Source: Candidatus Latescibacterota bacterium
GTDB taxonomy: Bacteria > Latescibacterota > UBA2968 > UBA8231
Assembly (NCBI GenBank): GCA_964291625.2
Contig: OZ220090.1
Span: 672,001 to 736,000 of the forward strand
DNA: 64,000 nucleotides
Direction: 5' to 3'
Shown: one piece after another, positions 11,705 through 21,126 of the stretch
How the letters are laid out: each line of letters begins with the position of its first letter
Position numbering within the stretch: the first letter of the stretch is position 1
Notes under the pieces: generated by a model
The model's input: only the letters and a program-made list of their open reading frames with translations
The model's database searches: none
What the model was told of the DNA's origin: nothing
Program-made: the position numbers and the translations under genes

Positions 11705-13093
11705 TCAGTCGAAGATCTTGCCGGGATTGAGGATCGCCGCCGGGTCGAAGGCGGCCTTCAACCGCCGCATCGCCTCCAGGGGCGCGGTGCCGACAGCGTC
11801 GGGCAGGAAGGGCTTCTTGGCGAGGCCGACGCCGTGCTCCCCGGTGATCGTGCCGCCCATGGCCACGGCGGCCTGGAAGACCTCCTTCATCGCCGCCTCG
11901 ACGCGCTCCATGGCCGCGGCGTCGCGCTCGTCGGCCAGGAAGGTGGGGTGGAGGTTGCCGTCTCCCATGTGCCCGAAGGTGCCGATCGTCACCCCGTGGT
12001 CGCGGGCGACGCGCTGGATCTCGGCTACCATGCGGGCGAGCTCGCTGCGGGGCACGGTGACGTCCTCGAGGATCACCGTGGGCGCCCGCCGGGCCAGGGC
12101 GCTGAAGGCCGTCCTGCGGGCGCTGGCCAGCTGCGCCGCCTCCGACGCCGACGCCGCCCGGCGGACCTCGCGGGCCCCGTGGCCGCGGGCGATCTCCTCC
12201 ACCCGGGCCGCCTGCTCCTCCACCTCCCCCGGGTGGCCGTCGACCTCCATCAGGGTCACCGCCTCCACGTCGGTGGGCAGCCCTATGCGGGCGTACCCCT
12301 CGACGCACTCCACCGTGGTCCGGTCGAGGAACTCCAGGGTGCAGGGGATGATGCGGGCCCGGATGACGGCCGAGATCGTCTCGGCGGCGTCGGTCATGCG
12401 GTCGAACAGTCCCAGGAGAGTGGCCCTCGCCGCCGGCGCCGGGATCAGCTTGAGGGTGATGCGGGTGATGATCCCCAGGCTGCCCTCCGAGCCGATGAAC
12501 AGGTCGCGCAGGGAGAAGCCGGCCACGTCCTTGACGCACCGGGTCCCGGTCTCCAGGACGGTGCCGTCGGCGAGCACCACCTGCAGGGCCATGACGTAGT
12601 CGCGGGTGACGCCGTACTTCAGCCCCCGCAGGCCGCCGGAGTTGTTGGCCACGTTGCCGCCGATGGTGGAGATCTTGATCGATCCGGGGTCGGGCGGGTA
12701 GAACAGGCCGGCTGCCGCCGCCTCGTCGGCCACCCGCTGGGTGAGCACCCCGGGCTCGACGACCATGGCCAGGTTGGCGGCGTCGACCTCGAGGATGCGG
12801 TCGAGCTTGACCAGGCACACCACCAGGCTGCCCTCGGATGGCACGGATCCGCCGGCCAGCCCGGTGCCGGAGCCGCGGGTGACCACCGGCACGCCGTGGC
12901 GGCTGGCCAGGGCCGCGATCTCCGCCACCTGATCCACGCGCTCGGGCAGGACGACGCACGCCGGCGGCTGACGCAGAGTGGCGGTGCCGTCGAAAGCGTA
13001 CACGGCCAGCTCCTCCGGTCCGGTGAGCACGGCGTCGGCGCCGGCGGCCTCCCGCAGGGCGGCGAGAAAGGCGGGATCGTCCGCCGCGGTCAC
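11705..13093 (-). CDS. glcD: FAD-linked oxidase, glycolate/D-lactate/D-2-hydroxyacid dehydrogenase subunit
   Basis: RGSGTGLAGG, YPPDPGS, TIGGNVA.NSGG...KYGVT, GSEG, GHMGDGNLHP, GTITGEHGVG, DP..ILNPGK; GTG start overlaps the upstream stop. Confidence 0.9.
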   Translation of the reverse strand: MTAADDPAFLAALREAAGADAVLTGPEELAVYAFDGTATLRQPPACVVLPERVDQVAEIAALASRHGVPVVTRGSGTGLAGGSVPSEGSLVVCLVKLDRILEVDAANLAMVVEPGVLTQRVADEAAAAGLFYPPDPGSIKISTIGGNVANNSGGLRGLKYGVTRDYVMALQVVLADGTVLETGTRCVKDVAGFSLRDLFIGSEGSLGIITRITLKLIPAPAARATLLGLFDRMTDAAETISAVIRARIIPCTLEFLDRTTVECVEGYARIGLPTDVEAVTLMEVDGHPGEVEEQAARVEEIARGHGAREVRRAASASEAAQLASARRTAFSALARRAPTVILEDVTVPRSELARMVAEIQRVARDHGVTIGTFGHMGDGNLHPTFLADERDAAAMERVEAAMKEVFQAAVAMGGTITGEHGVGLAKKPFLPDAVGTAPLEAMRRLKAAFDPAAILNPGKIFD

Positions 13094-13770
13094 AGGTGCT
13101 CGCAGCGGTTCAGGTAGCGGACTGCGCAGCTGTCGGGGCCGAGGCAGAACCGGGTGATGGCGGTGTTCCCATGATTGTAGGACAGGCCCGGACTGGGCAG
13201 CTGATCGGTGAGGGCCTTGACCAGTCCGCTCATGAAGTCGCCGTGGCTGACGATGCCCAGGCGCTCGGCGGCCTCCCCGCTCTCGGCCCCCCTCCGGGCC
13301 CGCTCCTTCAGCTCCGCGGCGACGGCGATCGCCCGGCCCCTGCCGGCGTGCTTGGTCTCCTGCCCGCCGGGCCACCAGCCCTGGTCCCCGATCCCGTCGG
13401 GCAGCCCGACCCCGGGAAAGCCGCTCTCGATCTCCGAGCGGGTCATCCCGTGCAGGTCACCCTTCCCCTCCAGCCAGATGCCGCCCACCTCGTGGATGTC
13501 GATCCAGACCTCGGGTGCGGTGCCGAGGGCCTCGGCGATCGGTTGCGCCGTCTCCAGGGCCCGCCGCATGGCGCTGCAGTAGAGGCTGTCGAAGGCGGGC
13601 CGGCCGTCCCGCTCGCCCGGGTCGAGGTGGCCGCCGCCGGCCAGGTGCGAGGCCACCCTTCTCGCCTGCTCTTCTCCCAGGCCGGTCAGCGGCGGGTCCG
13701 AGACCCTCCGGGAGCTGTCCTTCAGGGCGTTGTTGTACGACTCTCCGTGCCGAATCAGAAACAGATCCAT
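13090..13770 (-). CDS. histidine phosphatase (phosphoglycerate mutase-like) family protein
   Basis: LIRHGES, DPPLT.LG..QA, SAMRRALETA, VSHG, NTAIT, LN...HL. Confidence 0.9.
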   Translation of the reverse strand: MDLFLIRHGESYNNALKDSSRRVSDPPLTGLGEEQARRVASHLAGGGHLDPGERDGRPAFDSLYCSAMRRALETAQPIAEALGTAPEVWIDIHEVGGIWLEGKGDLHGMTRSEIESGFPGVGLPDGIGDQGWWPGGQETKHAGRGRAIAVAAELKERARRGAESGEAAERLGIVSHGDFMSGLVKALTDQLPSPGLSYNHGNTAITRFCLGPDSCAVRYLNRCEHL

Positions 13771-13866
13771 CGCATCGTCATCCGTCTTGTGCAGGTCCAG
13801 GCGGCCCGTTGCCCGACGGTCGGGCCCCGCCGTAGGTTACGCGCCCTTCACCGATCGAGGGAGCGC

Positions 13867-15384
13867 ATGAACATAGCCGTTCGCCAGGGCGAGATACAGA
13901 AGACGAGAGCCGAGGCCGTCGTCGTCAACCTGTTCCAGGGGGCCAGGCCCGGCGGGGCCACCGCCGCCGTCGACGCCGGGCTCGGCGGCCTCATCGGGCG
14001 CGTCGTCGACAGCGGCGACTTCACGGGAGAGAAGAACCGCACCCTGCTGCTCTACCCCGAGTCCGGGGGCCTCCCGGCGAGGCGGGTGCTGCTGGTCGGC
14101 CTCGGCCGGCAGGAGGACTTCGACCTGGAGACGGCCCGTCAGGCCGCCGGCAGCGCGGCGCGCCGGCTCCAGGAGCTGGGCGTTGAGAAGGCGGCCACGG
14201 TGCTCCACGGAGCCGGTGCCGGGGGCCTGGAGGCCGAGGAGGCGGCCCAGGCGGTGGCCGAGGCCAGCATCCTCGCCTGTTACCGCTTCGACGAGCACAA
14301 GTCCGGCCCCGAGGAGCGCAAGGCGCTGCGCCAGTTGACCGTGGTCGAGTTCGACGGCGGCCGGCTGGCGGCGGTGCGGCGCGGCGTGCGCATGGGACGG
14401 TGGATCGCCGAGGGCGCCTGCCTGGCCCGCGACCTCGTGAACCATCCCGGCAACACGGCGACGCCCTCCTTCCTCGCGAGCCGGGCGCGGGCCCTTGCCC
14501 GCCGGCACGAAGGATTGCGCTGCCGCGTCCTCGACGAGGCGGCCATGCGCAAGGAGGGAATGGGCGCCATCCTCGGGGTCTCGGCGGGCAGCGCCGAGCC
14601 GGCGAAGCTCATCATCCTCGAGCATGGACTGAGTCCCCGCCGACGCGGGGCTCGGCGGCGAAAGCCCCTCGTCTTCGTCGGCAAGGGGGTCACCTTCGAC
14701 TCCGGCGGCATCTCCATCAAGCCGGGCAGCGGCATGGCCGACATGAAGATGGACATGTCCGGCGCCGCCGCGGTGATCGGCGCCATGGAGGTCGTGGCCC
14801 GGGCGGGCCTCGCACAGCCCGTGGTCGGCATCGTCCCGGCCACCGAGAACCTCCTCGACGGCAAGGCCTACAAGCCCGGGGATGTGCTCACGACGATGGC
14901 GGGGAAGACGATCGAGATCGACAACACCGACGCCGAGGGCCGCCTGATCCTGGCCGACGCCCTCGCGTACGCGCAACGCTACGAGCCGGAGGGAATCGTC
15001 GACCTGGCCACCCTCACCGGCGCCTGCGTCATCGCCCTGGGGTCCCACGCCAGCGGCCTCATGACCAACGACGACGGGCTCGCGGACCGGGTCGAGGCGG
15101 CGGCCTCGGCGACGGCGGAAAAGGTCTGGCGCCTGCCCTTGTGGCCGGAGTACCGGAGGCAGATTCGCAGCCAGGTGGCGGACATGAAGAACACGGGCGG
15201 ACGCGAGGGCGGCGCGATCACGGCGGCGGCCCTGCTGGCCGAGTTCGCCGGCGACACCCCCTGGGTCCACCTCGACATCGCCGGCACCGCCTGGACCGAC
15301 AGGGCCAGGCCCTATGTGCCGAGAGGCGGCGTCGGCGTGGGCGTCCGCCTGCTGGTCGAGCTGGCCCGGCGGAGCCGGAAGTGA
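13867..15384 (+). CDS. pepA: leucyl aminopeptidase (M17)
   Basis: VGKGVTFDSGGISIK, MKMDMSGAA, NTDAEGRLILADAL, ATLTGAC, HLDIAGT; start at MNIAVR after GGGAG. Confidence 0.95.
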   Translation: MNIAVRQGEIQKTRAEAVVVNLFQGARPGGATAAVDAGLGGLIGRVVDSGDFTGEKNRTLLLYPESGGLPARRVLLVGLGRQEDFDLETARQAAGSAARRLQELGVEKAATVLHGAGAGGLEAEEAAQAVAEASILACYRFDEHKSGPEERKALRQLTVVEFDGGRLAAVRRGVRMGRWIAEGACLARDLVNHPGNTATPSFLASRARALARRHEGLRCRVLDEAAMRKEGMGAILGVSAGSAEPAKLIILEHGLSPRRRGARRRKPLVFVGKGVTFDSGGISIKPGSGMADMKMDMSGAAAVIGAMEVVARAGLAQPVVGIVPATENLLDGKAYKPGDVLTTMAGKTIEIDNTDAEGRLILADALAYAQRYEPEGIVDLATLTGACVIALGSHASGLMTNDDGLADRVEAAASATAEKVWRLPLWPEYRRQIRSQVADMKNTGGREGGAITAAALLAEFAGDTPWVHLDIAGTAWTDRARPYVPRGGVGVGVRLLVELARRSRK

Positions 15385-15442
15385 CGGCTCCCGGCCCCGG
15401 GGCCCGGGAGGTGCGCGGAACCGGCGCGGAGCCGCGCGGCCC

Positions 15443-15976
15443 ATGATCCTCTCCGACGCCAGCCTGCGGCAGCTGCTGGCCTCGGGGAAGCTGAGCATCG
15501 ACCCTCTCGACGACGACCAGATCCAGCCCGCCTCCGTCGATCTGCGGCTCTCCGACCACTTCCTCAAGGTGGACGAGAATCGCCTGGAGGCGATCCGCCT
15601 GGACAGGGAGGTCCCCTACCAGGAGCTGACCCAGCAGCAGATCGTCATCCCCCCGCACTCATTCCTCCTCGCCACCACCCGCGAGCGCATCCGCCTGCCC
15701 GACGACGTGACCGCCTTCGTCGAGGGCCGCAGCTCCATCGGCCGCATCGGGCTGTTCATCCAGAACGCGGGTTGGGTCGATCCCGGGTTCCAAGGGAGCC
15801 TGACCCTCGAGTTGTTCAACTCCAACCGCCTGCCCATCCGCTTGCAGGAGGGCCGCCGGATCTGCCAGCTCGTCTTCGCCCGCATGGACCGCGCCGCCAC
15901 GCGGCCCTACGACGGCAAGTACCAGCACCAGGCACGGGCCACGGGCAGCCGCATCCGCCTCGATCCGGACCGCTGA
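15443..15976 (+). CDS. dcd: dCTP deaminase
   Basis: MILSD, QIQPASVDLRL, EGRSSIGRIG, DPGFQG.LTLEL, ICQLVF, YDGKYQ. Confidence 0.94.
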   Translation: MILSDASLRQLLASGKLSIDPLDDDQIQPASVDLRLSDHFLKVDENRLEAIRLDREVPYQELTQQQIVIPPHSFLLATTRERIRLPDDVTAFVEGRSSIGRIGLFIQNAGWVDPGFQGSLTLELFNSNRLPIRLQEGRRICQLVFARMDRAATRPYDGKYQHQARATGSRIRLDPDR

Positions 15977-16027
15977 CGCCGACGGCAAGACGCCTCTCCC
16001 CGCAGCATATGTCCTGAAGGTCCGTCG

Positions 16028-18463
16028 ATGCGCCTTCCCATCGGGAAACCCGGGATCCCCACCGTCTGCCTGGTCCTCTGTCTGGTCCTTGGATTCTCCC
16101 TGCGCTTCGTCGGGTTGACCCGCGGCGACAGCTCCTTCGTCCCCGAGGGTACGGATCGCACCACGGAAGAGAGAGCCTTCTACCACTTCCATCCCGACGA
16201 GACCACCATCGTCCGGACCGCTCTCAAACCGATCGAACCCTTTTCTCCGGAGCTTACCTGTTACGGCCTGTTGCCTGTCTACCTGCTTCGCGGAATCCTC
16301 GAGTTCAACCGGATCGTCTTCGGTTGGGACTTCGAGGACCAGGGCTCCACCGACTCGGTGCGCTATGTCTATCTGACCGCCCGCATCCTGGCGGCCCTGG
16401 TCTCCTGTCTGACCCTGTGCCTGGTGTGGCTGCTGGGCCACCGCTGGTTCGGGGAGCTGACCGGACTGCTCGCCGCCGCGGTGGTTGCCGTGGCCCCCAT
16501 GGCCATCCAGGCGGCCCACTTCTACACCGTGGACGGGTTGCTCACGCTGCTGATCCTGGCCGCGATCCTCGCCCTGTTGCATGCGCTGGAGGGCGATGAC
16601 CGGCGATGGTGGGTGGCGACCGGGGTCCTGACGGGACTCGCTGGCGCGGTGCGCCTCGCCGGTCTGTCGGTGGGGGCGGTGGTGCTGGCCGGTCTCCTCA
16701 TCTACCACCGCCGCAGACTCAGAGCGGTTCTGACCTCTTCCGTCTGGCTGGCAGGTCTGGCGGGGTTGCTGTCCCTGCTCGTCCTGCAGCCTTACCTCGT
16801 TACGGACTGGGAACTACTCCTCCAGAGCCGCTCGGCGAACGACTTCAACTATGCGATGAAGGTAGCCCGCGGCGACTTCCTCACCGCGTGGAGCCTGGTG
16901 GATGTCCACACCATCCCGTACCTGCACCACTGGAGCCGCCTGTGGCCCCTGGGGGTGGGCTGGCCCCTCACCGTCTCCTTCGGCCTCGGAATCGCCTACG
17001 GTCTGTGGAGAGGAGACCGTCGCAAGGGACTGCTCCTCCTGTGGGTGGGGATCCACTTCGCCCTCATCGGCGGCCTGCTCACCAAGCCGATGCGCTACCT
17101 CCTGCCCATGCTGCCCTTCCTGGCCATTCTGACGGCCGACCTTTGTGTCTGGCTGGTCGATTCTCCCCGGTGGCTCAGAGGGCGCAAGCTGGCCATCGCC
17201 GCCACCGCCGCGGTTCTCGTCTACAGTGCGAGTTACGGCATCGCCTTCGCAGGCATCTATGCCAGGGAGGACAGCCGCATCGAGGCGGCGCGCTGGATGG
17301 AGGAGCGGATCCCGGACGACAGCCGGATCGGCATCGAGCAGGGCGCCTTCACGATGCGGGGACTGGTCGGCCACCGCCATCGCTTGAGATTGCTCGGTAC
17401 CTCCCAGCTCTTCAGCATGCGGGGATATGCGACCTGCGGCACGGAACTCACCTGGCTCCGGCCATACTTCGAGAACCTCGACTACCTGGCCATCATCGAG
17501 GCCAATCGATACCAGCAGTTCACGGCCGTTCCCGATCTGATCCCCGGCGCGGCCGCCTTCTACCAGGCGCTGGCCGCCGGGGATCTGGGCTTCGACCTCG
17601 TCCACCGGGTCGAGCCTTACCCCGCCCTGGGCGGCCTCGAGTTCCGGGACGATGGAAGCGATCCCTCCTTCACCGGCTACGACCACCCGGTGGTCTCGAT
17701 CTTCAGGAAGAGAGATGACGCCTCCTGGCACGAGGCCTGGGAGAGATTGCGGACGAGCCTGTCCGCCAGCGCCCACTGCGTGGATCCCTACCTGGAGAGA
17801 GCGGGTGCCGCCATCAAGGCCGGGGATCCGAACCAGGGCCTCACCTGGACCCGGATGGCCGCCCGGAGAGTACCGGAGAACCGGATCGCCCTGCTGATCG
17901 AGGCCCATCTGCTCGCCCGCATGGGAGGACCGGACCGGGAAGACCTGGAGGCCTACCATACCGAACTGCTGGAGCCGCACCGCATCCCCGCGGACGCGGC
18001 CCTGGCCACCGGGATGAGCCTCTTCGAGTTGGGGCTGAAGGAGCTGGCCGTCTCCGCCCTCGAGACCGGGGTCTCGGCGGCCATCGCAGACGACAGGGTT
18101 CCCAGGGAACCGATGGCCCGCATCTACATCCGCCTGGCATCCCACCTGAAGGAGGAACTCGAGCTGGAGGAGGAGGCCGACGAGGTCCTGTTGATGGCCA
18201 CCCGGCTTCACCCCCTTCCCAGGGCCTACAACCGACTGGCCAGGGGGGCTCTCGAGAAAGAGCACTACGGGCCAGCCGCCGAGTATCTGCAGCAGTCGCT
18301 GCGGCTGAACCCCGAGCAGGCGGGCGTGCATGCCACCCTCGGCCAGATCGCGGCGGAGGTGGAGGATCCGGCCACGGCGCTGCGGCACTTCCGGAGGGCC
18401 CTCGAGCTGAACCCGGACCTGGAGGACCGCCTCAGCCCCTGGATCACCGTCCACAGGGACTGA
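16028..18463 (+). CDS. GT-C (ArnT/PMT_2-like, family 39/83) membrane glycosyltransferase with C-terminal TPRs
   Basis: LRF.GL, HFHPDE loop, AHFYTVD, RYLLP, many TM helices, REDSR..AA.W; C-terminal ALRHFRRALELNP TPRs. Confidence 0.85.
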   Translation: MRLPIGKPGIPTVCLVLCLVLGFSLRFVGLTRGDSSFVPEGTDRTTEERAFYHFHPDETTIVRTALKPIEPFSPELTCYGLLPVYLLRGILEFNRIVFGWDFEDQGSTDSVRYVYLTARILAALVSCLTLCLVWLLGHRWFGELTGLLAAAVVAVAPMAIQAAHFYTVDGLLTLLILAAILALLHALEGDDRRWWVATGVLTGLAGAVRLAGLSVGAVVLAGLLIYHRRRLRAVLTSSVWLAGLAGLLSLLVLQPYLVTDWELLLQSRSANDFNYAMKVARGDFLTAWSLVDVHTIPYLHHWSRLWPLGVGWPLTVSFGLGIAYGLWRGDRRKGLLLLWVGIHFALIGGLLTKPMRYLLPMLPFLAILTADLCVWLVDSPRWLRGRKLAIAATAAVLVYSASYGIAFAGIYAREDSRIEAARWMEERIPDDSRIGIEQGAFTMRGLVGHRHRLRLLGTSQLFSMRGYATCGTELTWLRPYFENLDYLAIIEANRYQQFTAVPDLIPGAAAFYQALAAGDLGFDLVHRVEPYPALGGLEFRDDGSDPSFTGYDHPVVSIFRKRDDASWHEAWERLRTSLSASAHCVDPYLERAGAAIKAGDPNQGLTWTRMAARRVPENRIALLIEAHLLARMGGPDREDLEAYHTELLEPHRIPADAALATGMSLFELGLKELAVSALETGVSAAIADDRVPREPMARIYIRLASHLKEELELEEEADEVLLMATRLHPLPRAYNRLARGALEKEHYGPAAEYLQQSLRLNPEQAGVHATLGQIAAEVEDPATALRHFRRALELNPDLEDRLSPWITVHRD

Positions 18464-18558
18464 CCGAAGGAGCGGCGCCGGCCGTACGGACCCTTGCTTG
18501 ACGGAGGAGGGCCGCCGAACCCGATTATCACCCTTCCCCCTACCGCCCTGGAGAGACC

Positions 18559-19575
18559 ATGAGCACCGACCTGCACAGCGACGCCCTCGTCATCGACTCC
18601 CACAACGACACCGCCGTGGGCCTGATCCGACGCGGCAACCTCGGGCTGGCCGGGGAGAGCGGCCCGGAGCGGCGGCGGCGGCTCGGAACCGTCGCCTATG
18701 TGCGTCAGCAGTTCGACCCTCCCGAGAGGCCCCTGCAGCAGACCCTGCCCCGTCTCCGCGAAGGCGGGATCGACGCCGGCTACTTCGCCGTGGACACGAC
18801 GATCGCCCGCAACAACCACCTCCTGTACGCCCTCGACGCGCTGGGCTACCTGAAGCGCGAGGTGGAGACCCACTCCGCCGAGGCGGCCATCGTCCGTTCC
18901 GCCGCCGACATCGAGACCGCCCGCGCCGCCGGACGCTTTGCGGTGGTCCTGGCGGTGGAGAACTCGGCCGCCCTGCAGCACAGCCTCTTCGCCCTCGACG
19001 CCCTCTACGAGGTGGGGGTGCGCACCATGACCCTGACCCACAGCGCCCGCACCGACGCCGCCGACGGGTGCGAGGTGGAGGGCGGCGGCGGGCTCACCGG
19101 GTTCGGCCGGGAGGTCGTCCGGCGCATGAACGAGCTGGGCATGCTCGTCGACGTCTCCCACGTGAACGAGCGCGGCTTCTGGGATGTCCTCGAGTGCTCC
19201 TCCGCCCCCGTCGTCGCCAGCCACAGCTGCTGCCGCGCCCTGTGCGGCCACCCGCGCAACCTCACCGACGAGCAACTCCGGGCTCTGGGCGAGTCCGGCG
19301 GCGTCGTGGGCATCACCTTCGTGCCCGACTTCATCGACGCCGACGCGCCCGACATGGGACGCCTGATCGATCACGTCCTCCACGCCGTGGACCGGGCCGG
19401 CGAGGCAGCGGTGGGCCTCGGGTCCGACTTCGACGGCGGCGGCGACCTTCTGGCGCACGCCGGCAACTACCCGGAGATCACCGACAAGCTCCTCGAGCGC
19501 GGCACCGGAGAGGCGGCGGTGCGCGCCGTCCTCGGCCTCAACCACCTGCGGCTGCTGCGGCAGGTGATCGGCTGA
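18559..19575 (+). CDS. membrane dipeptidase (M19, renal dipeptidase family)
   Basis: IDSHND, LAVEN, GLTGFGREVV..MNELGMLVDVSH, ASHS, HPRNLTDEQL, GLGSDFDG. Confidence 0.93.
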   Translation: MSTDLHSDALVIDSHNDTAVGLIRRGNLGLAGESGPERRRRLGTVAYVRQQFDPPERPLQQTLPRLREGGIDAGYFAVDTTIARNNHLLYALDALGYLKREVETHSAEAAIVRSAADIETARAAGRFAVVLAVENSAALQHSLFALDALYEVGVRTMTLTHSARTDAADGCEVEGGGGLTGFGREVVRRMNELGMLVDVSHVNERGFWDVLECSSAPVVASHSCCRALCGHPRNLTDEQLRALGESGGVVGITFVPDFIDADAPDMGRLIDHVLHAVDRAGEAAVGLGSDFDGGGDLLAHAGNYPEITDKLLERGTGEAAVRAVLGLNHLRLLRQVIG

Positions 19576-19582
19576 GCGCCGC

Positions 19583-21091
19583 TCAGTCGAGACCGTACAG
19601 GGGCCGGTACTTGGCCTCGAGGTACTCCATCAGGGAATCGACGCGCAGGGGCTCGCCGGTGACCTCCTGCACGAGTTCGGAGGCGGTGAGGCGGCTGCCC
19701 CGCGAGTGGATGTTCTCGCGCACCCAGCCGAGGAGGCCGGAGAACTCGCCCCGGCGGATCTGGCCGGGCAGATCCCCGAGGTCGACGCAGGCCCGGCGGT
19801 AGAACTGGGCGCCGTAGAGGTTGCCGAGGGTGTAGGTGGGGAAGTACCCGATGAGTCCCATCGACCAGTGGATGTCCTGCAGGACGCCCTCGGCGTCGGA
19901 GCCGGGCCGGATGCCGAGGTAGGAGTCCATGCGCTCGTTCCAGACTCCCGGCAGGTCCCCCACCTCCAGCTCTCCCTCGATGAGCGCCTTCTCCAGCTCG
20001 AAGCGCAGGAGGATGTGCAGGTCGTAGGTCATCTCGTCGGCCTCGACGCGGATGAGCGACCTCTCGACGCGGTTGACGACGGCGTAGAACCGGTCCACCC
20101 CCACGCCCTCGAGCTGCGCGGGGAAGCACTCGGCGAGGCGCGGCAGGTAGTGCTCCCAGAACTCGCGGCTGCGGCCGACGGCGTTCTCCCACGTGCGCGA
20201 CTGCGACTCGTGGATCCCGAGGGAGACGGACCCTCCCACGGGGAGCCCCTCGGCCTCGGCGGGCAGCCCCTGCTCGTAGAGGCCGTGGCCGGCCTCGTGG
20301 ATGATGCCGAAGAGAGCGCTGGTGAGCTGGTTGGCGGCGTACCGGGTGGTGAGGCGCACGTCCCCGGGGTGGCTGCCGGAGCAGAAGGGATGGACGGAGA
20401 CGTCGAGGCGGCCGGCCTCCATGTCGAAACCGAGGTCGGCCAGGACCCGGCGGCCGAAGCGCTCCTGCACGGCGACGTCGTAGTCGCGCTCCAGCAGGTC
20501 GTCGTGCTTCGCCGCCGCCTCGCTGCCCAGGATCTCCTCCACGAGGGGGACGAGCCGGCGGCGCAGTTCCCCGAGCAAGGGCTCGACCTCCTCCACCCGG
20601 GCGTGGGGCTCGAAGTGATCGAGGAGGGCGTTGTAGACCGACCCCGTGAAGCCCACGGCATGGGCCTCCTGGCGCTTGAGGTCGACGATCTTCTCCAGCC
20701 ACGGCTGGAAGCGGCCGAAGTCCGATTGCTCCCGCGCTTCGACCCAGGCCTCGTGGGCCAGCGACTGGGTGCGCGTCAGCTCGACGACCAGCTCCCTGGG
20801 GATCCGAAGGGCGCGGTCCTGGTGGCGCTTCAGTTCGCGCACGTTGACCCGGGCGTCACCACCCAGGCCCTCCCCTTCCAGCGACTCCACCAGCTCGACG
20901 AGGTCAGGAGCCGTAAGCCTCTCGTGGGCCAGGCCGGCCAGCGTCCCCAGGCTGCGCGCCCGGGGGCCGCTCCCCCGGCGGGGCATGCAGGTCTCCTGGT
21001 CCCAGTGGAGCAGGGACTCGGCGTGGCCCAGGTCGGCCAGCTCCCGCGCCGCGGCGGTGAGACGTTCGTAAGGCGCTTCGGAATTGCTCAT
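19583..21091 (-). CDS. carboxypeptidase M32 (Taq family)
   Basis: WDQET, HPF, IHEAGHGLYEQ, IHESQS, IRVEADE, QDIHW, YFPTYTLGN. Confidence 0.95.
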   Translation of the reverse strand: MSNSEAPYERLTAAARELADLGHAESLLHWDQETCMPRRGSGPRARSLGTLAGLAHERLTAPDLVELVESLEGEGLGGDARVNVRELKRHQDRALRIPRELVVELTRTQSLAHEAWVEAREQSDFGRFQPWLEKIVDLKRQEAHAVGFTGSVYNALLDHFEPHARVEEVEPLLGELRRRLVPLVEEILGSEAAAKHDDLLERDYDVAVQERFGRRVLADLGFDMEAGRLDVSVHPFCSGSHPGDVRLTTRYAANQLTSALFGIIHEAGHGLYEQGLPAEAEGLPVGGSVSLGIHESQSRTWENAVGRSREFWEHYLPRLAECFPAQLEGVGVDRFYAVVNRVERSLIRVEADEMTYDLHILLRFELEKALIEGELEVGDLPGVWNERMDSYLGIRPGSDAEGVLQDIHWSMGLIGYFPTYTLGNLYGAQFYRRACVDLGDLPGQIRRGEFSGLLGWVRENIHSRGSRLTASELVQEVTGEPLRVDSLMEYLEAKYRPLYGLD

Positions 21092-21126
21092 CTTTCCTCC
21101 ATCCCTTCTCCCAGGAGCGAAGCCGC

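Noticed and set aside
13096-13866. Apparent long N-terminal extensions or fusions in the ORF track (pepA 762 aa, dnaB 648 aa, ssb 572 aa, Omp85 1279 aa, GldG 1293 aa)
   Set aside because: The upstream parts are open frames overlapping other genes; true starts with SD or coupled overlaps lie downstream
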